Positions 26,408 to 38,223 of a stretch of DNA of 64,000 nt are shown here, one piece after another. This DNA is from Paramecium tetraurelia (Eukaryota). The translations under genes were made by a program, and so were the position numbers. Under the pieces are notes generated by a model, which saw only the letters and a program-made list of their open reading frames with translations, ran no database searches and had not been told where the DNA came from. The DNA is taken from positions 1 to 64,000 of the forward strand of contig CT868474.1 of assembly GCA_000165425.1 (NCBI GenBank), in the 5' to 3' direction. How positions within the stretch are numbered: the first letter of the stretch is position 1; every line of letters begins with the position of its first letter.

Positions 26408-27552
26408 TCATTCATTGATGATTAATCTTCTCCTTAACATGAAATTACTTTTTTCATTTTCTATTTATTAAGTTAACTCTGAATTCTCTTTTCTTTCGTT
26501 TGTGAAGAATTCTAGTGTCTATTTTTTCCTTAATGATCTACTAGCCTATACACTCTTTATTCTGCCTGTATCTACTTTTGGTTTTGATTTTGCTATTATG
26601 TCCTTAGACTTATAACATTTTTATTAATTTTCTAACATCTTCAACTGTCCCAATCTGATCATTTCATCTGAATTTTCACTCACTTTTTTGGTGATCATCT
26701 ACTTTAAACCAGTTATCCCTTTGTGACTTTGTTTTAAGGTAGTATTCCTTCGATTATGCCTTTTGATAGAATCTGGAGATAAATTCTGGATTAAAGATTC
26801 TCAAATTCATTAGAATTATAATTTATACCTTTGTTTTCAGTTCTATTCGTTAACCAAGCAAACGCAACAGATGCTGCATATTTAGTTTGTATTTTCTCCA
26901 TAACTAGTTCTTTTCGTGTGTTTTCATCTTATTATTATTCATCTAAATTTCTTTAAGAATGCATTGGATTTTATATATCGTTGGTAGGATCGGTGGATTT
27001 TGAATACAAAATCGATTACTTCTTCATTTTATCTGAGGATTAATTCAAATTTTGCTTTAGTTTGAGTTTCCTCCTTATAACATTAAATATCGGTTCTAAT
27101 TTCTTAGCTTTTAATCTTAAAGTGGCTACTTACATCTCCTCTTTTCTCTCCAAAATTTTATCGATGAGTAAAATCCTAAATTTAAGATGCTCTCAATAAA
27201 TTTACCTTTCTTCAGCTGTAGACAACTATTTTAAAGATTATATTATTTAAGTTTTATCATTGAAATCAGATAGTAAATTATATGCTTCCCTCACTTTTTA
27301 ACCTTTGATTCCATTTTATATAGACTTTATTACTTCTTGATTTTTCAAGCTGGCCTTCAATTTGTCATACAATTATCCTCTTTCCGAAGTTTTAGGAATT
27401 GTTGATAAGTCTCCTATTCTTGGAGATTCAACAGGAGAAACTAGAGTTGTAATACTATAAGGAGTTGGATTGTGCGAATGAACAGTGAAGGCTGGTGATT
27501 TGTGATTTGGACTATAAATTGGTCGAGACAACAATAATTAATCAAAGCTCAT
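26408..27552 (-). CDS. Hypothetical protein (S/P-rich N-terminus, coiled-coil)
   Basis: MSFDQLLLSRPIYSPNHKSP...; open frame with two GT..AG introns; TGA at 26408. Confidence 0.7.
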
Positions 27553-27589
27553 TTAATTTTAATAATTACTATATTATAATGCAAATATT

Positions 27590-29266
27590 TCATTCATGAT
27601 GATCTATACTTTATCTCTTCTTCCCAACTTCTTCACTTAAACTTGTTTAGAATTCTTAAAATGTGATTTCCCCATCGCCATTAGCATCAAAAAATTCAAA
27701 GCATGCAATTATTTCTTCTTATGAAATGTTTGCCTCAATTCTCTTTAAGAGTAAGCCCATTTCATTTTTATCTAATCTCTGATCTGCTGATTTGTCAAAC
27801 TAAATTAATCAAAACAAATTATCACTTTTTTAAACAAATCGAGCAAATTGATTTTATATTTTTAGATTGATAATTTTAATTTCTCTATAACATAATTAGC
27901 TCTCTCCTCAATAGAACTCTGAGACTTTAATTAATGTGGTAGAATAGACAATTTCTTATGAGATCCACCTCCTCTTTACTATTATTATGGATTGGCATTT
28001 GTAACAATCTTTTAAGTAATTGAAGATTTAAATACCTAATTATCTTCCAGCCACTTTTTAAATTCCTCAAACTCAATCTAATTATTCCCATCATCATCAA
28101 ATTTATTAAATATATATTCTATTTCCTCTCTTGTGATGTCTTTGTCTACTTTTTATAGAAATTTCCCCAATTCATTGACATCTAAAGCCTTATCCTTTGA
28201 CATGTCTAAATCTGCAAACAATTTATGAATGTCAATTTTCTCTTTACATATCATCTATCTAATATCATTAATTAAATATTGAGCCTTATCTTCTAATTTG
28301 TTATTTCCTTTGATAAAATCCTTAAAAAAGATTAAGGACAATTAGATACCGAAAAATATTGACTGATGGCTGGGTGTTTGTAGATCTCTTCCCAAGACAT
28401 TCTTTTATTCTCATCTGCTTAGAGACACCCTATAATCAAGTCTTATGTTTCTTATGAGACTTAATTTTTGTCAGTCGGAAATTTCAAAGGTTAGGTTCTG
28501 ATATTTTTGAGTAATTCTGCCGGAGATCTGGCTGTCCAGGGAGCTAGAAACGTTTAAAATGGAATTTACTTTTGCCAAATAATGCTTCATAAAAAATGAA
28601 GCCTATGCTCCATACATCTGTTTTTGAATTGTATCTCTTGTGATCCAAGATCTGAGGACTCATGTATAGTGGAGTACCAACCATTGAAGCCATCATTGTT
28701 TTTTTAAAATTATCCACACACTTTGCAAATCCAAAATCTGCTAGTTTATAAGTCTTTTATAAATTTTTAAAACTTACTTATTTGTCAATTAAAATATTTG
28801 CTGGTTTGAGATCTCTATGAATTATACCATTTTTTATGAGGTGTGTAAATCCATTGAGTACATCAACCAGGAATTTGATTGCCTCCTTTTCTGGGAGTAA
28901 CTTCCTTTTTTTTAAAAGTCTTAAAGAAAAATATAATAATTTACTCGTCAAAATCCCCTCCATCACAGTATTCTTAAACAATATAATAATTATTGTTTGT
29001 TTCCATGACATCTAGCAATTAGACGATATTGGGACTTTTTAATTTCTGCATAATTTTAATTTCCTAAATCAATCCCTCCCTAAGATAATCATCTCTATAT
29101 TAATAAATAGGTAAAATTACGCATTGATTACAGATTTGCTTAACGTTTTAATGGCTACTTTTTCTCCAGTTTTTTCGTTTGTTCCTTTAAAAACTTCCGC
29201 ATAGGATCCTTAACCAATTCTATCTTTCACATTAAAAATATATTTGTCTATTCTTTTATCTGTCAT
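27590..29266 (-). CDS. Ser/Thr kinase with four C-terminal EF-hands (CDPK-like; kinase domain ULK/CAMK-like)
   Basis: IGQGSYAEV, VAIK, HRDLKPANIL, DFGFAK, VGTPLYMSPQ, DVWSIG; EF loops DMSKDKALDVNE, DDDGNNQIEFEE, DKSADQRLDKNE, DANGDGEITFQE. Confidence 0.93.
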
Positions 29267-29350
29267 CAAAATTAAATAATTTTTTTGATTAAATATCAAT
29301 ATATTATTATTAATTAGTGCATTATTATGTGTTAATGTAAGAAAAGAAAA

Positions 29351-30000
29351 TCATCTAGAACCTCTGCCTTTCTTGGCTGTATTACTCACATAGGGCTTGG
29401 CATAGGATCCTGGTAAACCTGCTGCTCTACCAAAGTGTTTTAAAGCTTCCCAAACTCTTGGACCTCTTAATAAAATTGTTCCTGTTCCTAAAAACTCATA
29501 TTTACTATCAATACTAGTTGGATTTTATTATACTAACTAATCAAAAGTTAAGACCTTTCCGCCAGCAGCAAGAATTCTTTTTCTTGCAGTCTCTGTAAAT
29601 CTTAATGCGCAAACATTGATCTTTGGAACATTAAGTAAACGAATGCTATTGAATTGCTTTATTCATGATAATTACTCATCCGCGACAGTGCCAACAACAA
29701 CCAAAGTTCTAGTTTTGTCTTTAGCTGTATTAATTTATTTTACAAGTCTGCTTACACTAATTGGATATCTGGCTGTTCTAGTTGATTGAAGTCTTCTTAA
29801 AACAGTTGCATTAAAATTAGAGTCTGTTCTTCTTGCCAAGAATTTGTATAACTAATTTAATTGTGAATCATCGAATTATTTTTATCAATAATTTCAAATA
29901 AAGATTTGTGGATGTTACTTTTCTAACTACATTTCTTTACACTCTAGTCTTCTTATAAGCATCAAATCCCTAACGTTGGATTATGCATATTAGTTACCAT
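29351..30000 (-). pseudogene. RPL18: 60S ribosomal protein L18 (eL18) copy with a non-canonical AT..AG second intron; probable recent pseudogene
   Basis: [45 protein letters not shown]; intron 29852-29879 starts AT, and read-through hits TGA after 3 codons. RPL18 identity is near-certain; pseudogene status less so. Confidence 0.7.
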
Positions 30001-30082
30001 TATTAAAATAAATATATCTTTATTTGATTTATGGTTTAAGAAATCAATTCTTTAACATTATTATCAAAACGAAATAAATTAC

Positions 30083-30724
30083 TCATAAAGCCTTTCCTTT
30101 TGCTTTTTTTGCATTCCCTTGGGGAATTGTCACCTTATTTTATTGCTGGGGTTATTCAGGTTTTTTCAACTCCTCTACAATGGATTCACTAAAATGAATT
30201 ATATTATACGTTGCATTCTTGGCATTCAAATTTTTACTACTTTTGTTTTTGCGAACTAAAAATAAGGCTCCTATGATTCCAATATTAAAAATTATTTACA
30301 GATATTCTCTATCAATATCTCTAATAAACAATTATAAATTTCAAATACACTTATTTTGAGTAAATTAGAGGATTGTGAGCATATCCAGTTATTATCACTG
30401 TTAGAAATGCTAAAAAATACCCAGCCTTTTGGATTCCTATTCCAACAGCAAATCCAAGCAATGTTTATGTTATCCCAAAGGCGAGTATTATGTTTGGAGT
30501 GTATTGAATAAAATTAGCTGGTTTCTTATTTATTAAGTTGTTGATACCAATGTTTCGATATTCTCCAAGGATGATCCAATTAGATTTGTTGCATATGCAT
30601 AAAATACTGGGTATCGTATGTTGACGTAGTGGATGTAGGAATCTTAATGAAAAAATTAAGAGAATCCTGCATGGACATACAAGATGGCTAAGAGGATTCT
30701 GCCAATATATTTAGAAAACCTCAT
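30083..30724 (-). CDS. DoxX/SURF4/HR-lesion-like ER membrane protein
   Basis: IGRILLAILYVHAG, several TM helices, HNP motif, NIGIIGALF; C-terminal KGKAL (KxKxx ER retrieval); two introns. Confidence 0.75.
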
Positions 30725-30763
30725 TTTTATAAAATATTGAATTAATTATATTAAGTCGTTTTA

Positions 30764-31265
30764 ATGATTTTAGTACTATTGGTAAATCTAATTTTGGCAA
30801 CTGGTAAACTAAAGTAACATCATTTGAACCATTAAGTGATGTTTAAAAGGGAAAATGAAGTAGTCGTTTTAGATGCTTCAAATTTTGATGCAGCATTGAT
30901 GAGATTTGAAGTTTTATTAGTAGATTTCTATGCACCATGGTGTCCACATTGGTAAATCAACATGTATATTTAGCCAAAAATTAATGCCCTAATTTGAAGA
31001 AGCTGCTAATATATTAAAATAAAGAAAAAGCAAAATTAATTTAGCCAAAGTTGATTGCACTAAAGAATCGTTTCTATGTCATGAATCTGAAGTTAGAGGA
31101 TATCCTACTCTTCGAGTTTTCTATCATGACAAAAGGTTTCCTTATCTCGGTGACAGAACCTCACATGGAATTGTAGATTTTATGGAAAAGCACTTAAAGC
31201 AAGAAGAAGAAAAAGAAAAATAAATGTTGGGATATAGACATAGACATTAAGAAGACTTACCTTGA
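30764..31265 (+). CDS. Single-domain PDI-like thioredoxin with signal peptide
   Basis: Hydrophobic N-terminus; LVDFYAPWCPHC (split by an intron), AKVDC, VRGYPTL; ends HQEDLP. Confidence 0.9.
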
Positions 31266-31313
31266 ACCATAATTATTTGAGCAAACACAAAGTTAAAACA
31301 TAATTTAACAAAA

Positions 31314-32828
31314 TCATGGTGTATGTTCTTCAAAGTTTTGTAATTCTTGTTCAATCTATGCTTAATCTTCATCACCAACTGCATTTCCTATTAAATCTGT
31401 ATCATCTTGTAACATTTAGTCCTCAGATACGCCTCCCCTATTTATTGATGAGATTATCTAGAATACATACAACATGATTATACATTCCAATCCTTTGAAA
31501 CTTAAAAACTAACGACACTTCTACCAACTTAAATAGCCATGTTATTATTCATATCAACTGACATCAAAGCAGGTGATTTTAATAGAACTAAAGTTCCAAA
31601 CTTTGATTACTAATCTTCAATCACAAAACCAGCTATTATTAGTAAGATAACATTTACAATTTATAAATTTAATTAAAGCATGACATCTAGATACAGAAAT
31701 ATCTGTTATCCTTACATCTGAATCATGACCTCTTCCTAGTTTTATTTGTTGTTTCTATGCAAAACTGATTATGTGAGTTCCTTTACTCTTGTTACGTTCT
31801 CTACTCAAGATTTCCAAAGTAATGTATGGAGCATCAGGCTTGGGTATAATTATGGTCTCAAAGATTCTGTCCTGATATCTTATTCTACCTAGATGTCTAA
31901 TATTATCATAATTACTAGGAATAATGGCCTTACATACTTCGCAATCAAATTATCTCCATTGAAATGAAACCGAAAACTTCGTTGTTTTAGGGGATAACTT
32001 ACTAACTAACCATGTTTATAGACATTATATATGTATGTATTTAACAGATCCTTAACATTTGCAACAATCAATCAATGGATTGTCTTTATTTGTTTAGGAA
32101 TCATTATAGCATATTCTGCAACAAGGCTCTTCTGTTTGACTTCTTTTATCATCTTCTTAAGTATTAATGTTCATTGTATTTAAACATTTCTCTGAAACAT
32201 ATTTTTATAATTCTGGTTCTATACTCCCTTTATTCGCACTGTTATTATCAACAGAACATTTGATTTCTCTAATTCGAAATCTAACTCTCCCCAATTTCAC
32301 ATAATCTCCCTCCTTTAAATCATATCCCTTCATTAATCATTATTATTTCTTACTTAACCATCGGATAATTTACTTTTGGTTGATTTTACAACTATCCATG
32401 GGCAGTTGTCATTCAATCCTTCTTGATCTTCTGCCTTAGAGATCTTCAAACTAGTTTCAACTTAATATTTTGAAAATTGGCGTGTCAATTTAAGTAATTC
32501 CATGACGTCTTGTTGATTTTAGAATTACTATAACAATATACTTATTTGCTACTTATAACTCTTCTTTTGTTTAGATAATTTTTATATTTTCTTTTTAACG
32601 AATTAATCTCACTAGATTAAGTTGTTAGATTACTTAATTATGTATTTGTTTTGATTTGACCTTTTATAACATTTTTGTTTTCATAATCGAATAAACCATG
32701 AGAGAATCGCGATTCCAAGTGAAATGTTTTATTGTTCTTTTTTTATTTTTAAAACATTCTTACAATGAAACAGGTGAAACTTTGTTTGCATTTCTGATAT
32801 CATCCTAACTAGAAACACAATTCCCCAT
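31314..32828 (-). CDS. Myristoylated FHA-like / RINGv / FHA E3 ubiquitin ligase
   Basis: MGNCVSS; TWNRDSHGLFDYE; LKEGDYVKLGRVRF; C4HC3 CRIC..CKCQGSVKYIHIQCLQTW..CEVC; FHA LGRGHDSDVRITDISVSRCHA..SKFGTLV. Confidence 0.9.
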
Positions 32829-33694
32829 TTATTAATTTTATATAATTATATTCTTTCAAATAAATTATAAATTAAACTTTTTATAATTACTCAAGAAAAT
32901 AGCACCTAAATCGAATTAAATTTCTGCCAAACTTATAAATCTAACCACAGAACCTTGGTCTTTGACTATTGTTAAGATAAAACTATAACATTATGATTAT
33001 ATTCCTAATTTTTTTGTGAAGCAAATTTCAAATTTAAAATCATCCTAAATAAAAAAACAAAATACACAGTAAAATCAAAAATCAATATTCTTAAATGATT
33101 TCACAAATTGCTAGAATGTCAGAATCAACTTTCCAGATAAAAATTTCAAATGTTATTACCAATGATTATTAGTAGAGATGCCCAATTTAGAAACAACCAA
33201 AAATGAACGGGAGTTGCCTATCACTTAAAATTTCTATTTCTTCAAATTTTTATAAATAAATTATAGCTGATATCATCAAAGAAGAGTATTGATTAACTTA
33301 TATTAAGTTGGTTATTATACTATTCTAGTTCACATTATAAAATTAAATCTGAAAAAAAGGATTATAAATATTAATTTAAAAATTTCAATTAATGATTATT
33401 GTGATATAATAAACTAATTTTTAAATCTAATGAATTTAAAAGACTTTTTTTAATTGTTGATTAATTGAAAAAAGACGTCCTATGAGACATCTAATAATAG
33501 AAAGTGGTTTTTAATATTTCCCATAATTAGAATCTATGGAAATTTACATTATTTATTCTCATCCTGTAACTATTTAAGATTATATATTATATTGCATAAT
33601 GAAAATTTTTAATAATTGAGAAATAATAAATATTATAATATTATAAAAACAAATAGAGAAATTAGGTTACATAGTTAAAACAATAATATTAAAA

Positions 33695-36592
33695 TCAGGA
33701 AGGCAATATCATTTAATGTTATTCTTCAATTAATTACATCATCTGAGTGTAGGTAGTTGTTTTGATGTACGGTTTTTCATTGAAAAATTGTTTGAGTCTT
33801 TCGTTTTGGATAAAAGTCTGATTCTTAAATAAAATGATAAAGTCTAATTTCTCATCGTATATACTATTTACAAATGAACCTCCTCTAGCTATTATTCGAG
33901 CTTTAAAAGTTTCCAATTCTACATCAGATATTTAGTGATTTAAACAATAAGGATAGAAAGACTTGTGCTAAAATATCCATAATTTTGGTAACTAGTATAA
34001 TAATTCCTCTTCTAAAGATAATAAATCATCCTAATTCACAGTTTCATTAATTTTCATATTATCACAGATATCTTTGAGAGCCAAATCGTCAATCAATTCG
34101 AAATAGGAATCACCAAACCTATCATAGAATTTATTGACTTCATTCATGATGGCTAGAGGGGCAAACAAAATAAATCTAGGTGCAATATTAACTAATTATG
34201 ATCTTCTAATGCATTCAATTATCCATTATGGTCTGATGATAGTAGTAGGGAACTTCTCAATAATTGAATTCACTCTAAAATCTATAATCGAAGCCACTAC
34301 ATGAGTGACACTTTCTACAATGTAATTTTATATACAAGTTCCTCCTTGGGCTAGAACTATAGATTCTAAATATTATTTATTATAATCTTCTTCTAAATTC
34401 ACAATAAAAAATTCGCATCCTACAAATAGGTTGGATTCTTTTGTGATGTTTCTTGGATCTAATCCTTGAAATTCAGTCATTATGGTAATCTATTTAGAAT
34501 GAGCTCCACCTTTCTTTAAGGGTTATTTTCTCTATTTAGCCTATCTAATAGGTCTATCCTCATTTTCAACCTCATCGTCTGTTTATTTATCATTGCCTTC
34601 TTTATCGTTCTTTTTTTTGAGATTCTTAGTGTATTATGAGTCATTGATCATACTTGATAAATCTTGCGTGGTCATCATTTCATACCAGTCTTTATCCATT
34701 CTTGTCTTGTAACATCGTGGAAATCTAAGAGTGTAATCAGTTGGAAAAGTATTAGACTTTGTGATTTCTGCAGCTTTAACTTCAAATATAATTGAATGAG
34801 CTGGATTATTAATATATACATCTGGTCTATCATTAACTCCAGGATTCCAATTTTATGGTATGTAATTAGGTTTCTACTTCTTAATCCAATGATTTCTTAA
34901 TTTATTTCTGATTGTGGATAATTCATTATCAGTGAAACCAGTTCCAACTTTTACAAATGGTAATATTACACTATTAGTTGGTTGATTCTTATCTATTTTT
35001 TAAGCTAAACCCATTAAAAAATGTGTAATCCTATCAAATTCATCAAAAGTCTCCACTCTATGTGATTATGTTCCAAAATATCCACCAATAACCAATAAAT
35101 CGCAATTATCTGTCATATTTTCAACGTAATCTCCTTTCATCTTAACCCATTTAGTGGATCTTTCATTAGGTAAATATTAAGAATCCATCTATTTAATTAT
35201 GATGCCTTCTTAGTTTCTTTCGATAGCCATATCAAATTATTAAATAAGTTCTTCAAAAGATTTAATAGTTGCAGCTTAAACTACTTCTAATTAGTTTGGA
35301 ATAGGTACTATAATTCTTTATAATAAGCTTCTTCGAGTAGATAAAGGAGCACTCATAGTGTTAACTTCTTACCCTTAGTATGTTTTGAGATAAAGTATAT
35401 CAAAAATCTTATAGCAAAGTCCAAAAGCATCATCATTTACGTCTTTACTTAGAGCAACAGTTTTATTTAAACCAAATCTAACATTGTCTCCAGTTTCTTT
35501 ATTTACAACTATGATTTCTCCATCTAAAATTGCACATTATGCTTAAACACTTTATCTAACAATATCTCCTAATTTATCCTTGTATAAATATGTGTAATCA
35601 TTTGAATTTCTAGTAAAAAATCTGATGACTTCAGGGGTGAAATGACATTATATTCTTTCTCCATCAAATTTGGTTTCAACCAATAATTCTTTGCCTTCAA
35701 TTAATTTTCTTATTTCTTCAGGTGATTTCTTAGCCGCTAACATTGGTTTGATGGCATGAAATATTCTTAATACATTCTTAAGAGTATGATTTTGATCAAC
35801 AAATTCTTTACATACTTCATTTAGTGATGATGTTGCATTATAATATTCAGGAGCATCTTTATGAAACAATTGCAAAAGCTTCTCATATTTCAAACCAATT
35901 TTTAAGTCCTTCAATATAATTCTGATTATCCAAAGTATCTCATCAGCTGTACACACTTTTATTAAATCAACTACCACTAATTCCTATTCTTTAGTGTCTT
36001 AAGCTTTAACTAAATTGTCGAGCAATGAGTCCACTTCTGATATTGTAATTATGCTGTCCTTTCTGCAATAATCCTTAATCACATTATGCACAACCATGGG
36101 GAAATCACCAACTGGAGCCCCGTAGGGTTACATACTTGCTTATTTATAATTGGCCATTCTATGATAATCATCATCTGACAATCCTAAGGCAGATCTAAAT
36201 AATTTAGCCAGGTTCTTTTCTTATAATTTATATACACCTCTATCCCTATCTTAGAATGGAATTATTAGTCTCATTATTATGTAAGTGTGTTCAGGTATTC
36301 TAGGAGGTTTAAAAAAGAATTAAGTCAAAACATCCAGGAGCTCACTTTTCTTCTTTCCTCTCACTTTACTCATCCTATCAAAAAAGCATCTCAACACATC
36401 AAATTTTACTCTGATTGGACCTACTGTTGAATTTACATTCACTTTTTATTAATCCTATTATTCTTTGTTTTGTTTGTTGGTTTCTTCTACTTTCTCCTTT
36501 ATTTCCTTCGCGAACTCATGTACTTCCTTCTATTCTCTTCTTTCTTCTTCCTCGTCTTAAATCTCTTCGTCTATAAAATTCTCCTGCTGCAT
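33695..36592 (-). CDS. LIG4: DNA ligase IV (NHEJ)
   Basis: 2898 nt, 966 codons; RLIIPFQDRDRGVY, motif I ETKFDGERIQCH, LDGEI, EGIIIK, WVKMK, DLLVIGGYFG, KVGTGF, TLRFPR; C-terminal BRCT with DRFGDSYF linker. Confidence 0.95.
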
Positions 36593-36723
36593 AATCAGAA
36601 ATTAATAAGAATATATTTTTTTTATTGAAATTTGATTAATTGTAAATTTTAATAACGTAGTTAAAAGTATATTAATTCGCATATAAAATTTAATAAATTT
36701 TATTTACATTTTATTGTTCTATT

Positions 36724-38172
36724 ATGAGTTTTTGTGAATTCATCTAACTCACTGTTGAAGGCGAAGATAAATTAGAGGAAATAAGAATAGCATTGGCTCG
36801 GTTAGAAATGTTTGAACTTAACACAGGTATCCATCTCATTGTTATATTGAGTGTACAAAAGACTCGATTAGCCAAGATAAAGTGCATTGAAAGAAGACTA
36901 GATAATTGAATTTCTGGACGATAACAACGTTTAAATTAACCAAGAAGAGTTAAATTACATTTTTAGAGTTTTGGATGTTGATAGAGACAACTTTATTACA
37001 TTGGCAGAGTAACTTTTTATTCATTAATTCAAAGTTTCTAATAAGTAATCCTACCAAAAACTAATGACCAAGTTAAAGACCAAGCTCTGAATCATAAATC
37101 CTATGAAATGCCTTAAAGTATGCTCTTGCCAAAGGAGGTTGAAGCTACGTTAACGGCATTCTTCGAACAATTAAAAACCAACTATAAGTAGGAATTGTTT
37201 TCATTTTTAGCCAATATCAAAACATTTAAGATCCAATCAACCTTGGTGAATTAGCAATTTTCGAAAACGAAAATTTAATCACCCTAGATTCCCTCAAAAA
37301 TTGGCTACAATCAATTGGATAAGAGATTGACGATTAAATTTTAGAAAAATTCCTAATCATAATTGACGGAAACCCCAACAACCTATAAAATCTGATTGAT
37401 TAAATCTATTAATAAATAGAGTAATAAGAAAATTAGCAAATTGAAGACCCCAAATAAGCCCAAGAACAATAAGGGGAATAGCCAGCAGAAAATCAAATAG
37501 AAGTTCAAGATGTTAATTACTCTTAATAGGATTTGCAGAAGAGTGATGCTCTCTAAGAATCATTTAATCCTTCTTAAATCTAAAAATAGGAATAAAAAAA
37601 GGAACAATAATAAGATCAAATTGCTTAATCAAAAGTTCTATAAGAGAGTTAGTCTTATTAGACAGATAGTCCCTTGTTGAATTATTACCATTAACAAATT
37701 AAAGACGAAGAAGATAAAATTAAAAAGTTATGTGAAGAATTAAACATTCCTAATATCTATACATAAAAGAGAGAAGAATCAACTTTGATCAAATATTATG
37801 AAAAAGAGATTGCTAGAGAATAGGAAATCTATCATAAACTATTATCAGAATCAAAAACATCCGGAGTTCCTTCTAAACTATCAAAATCCAATTTCACTCC
37901 AGATCCATTATATTTAGATGAGTATTAAAAAGAACTCATTCGAATTGATAATGAAATCAGGAAGGAAGCAACAAACCTTAGCTTACTCTAATCAAAGATT
38001 GATATCAGCAGTGGATTATCAACCAGTTATTTAAAGTAATAATGAGTTTTAACTTTAAGGTATGAAAGTCCAAGCAAAATTTAAGAATCCTACCTTTATA
38101 ACAATCTTTCAGGATAAAAGGTATATATTTAAATGTTATTTTTTATAGAAATAATTTGGTTTATATAAATGA
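36724..38172 (+). CDS. EF-hand protein with Q/E-rich linker and C-terminal helical repeats
   Basis: IFRVLDVDRDNFITLAEF EF-hand plus degenerate EF-like pairs; five short introns. Confidence 0.75.
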
Positions 38173-38223
38173 TTATTCATATAATTATTATCAATAATTT
38201 ATAAAATAATTCTCAAACTTAAA

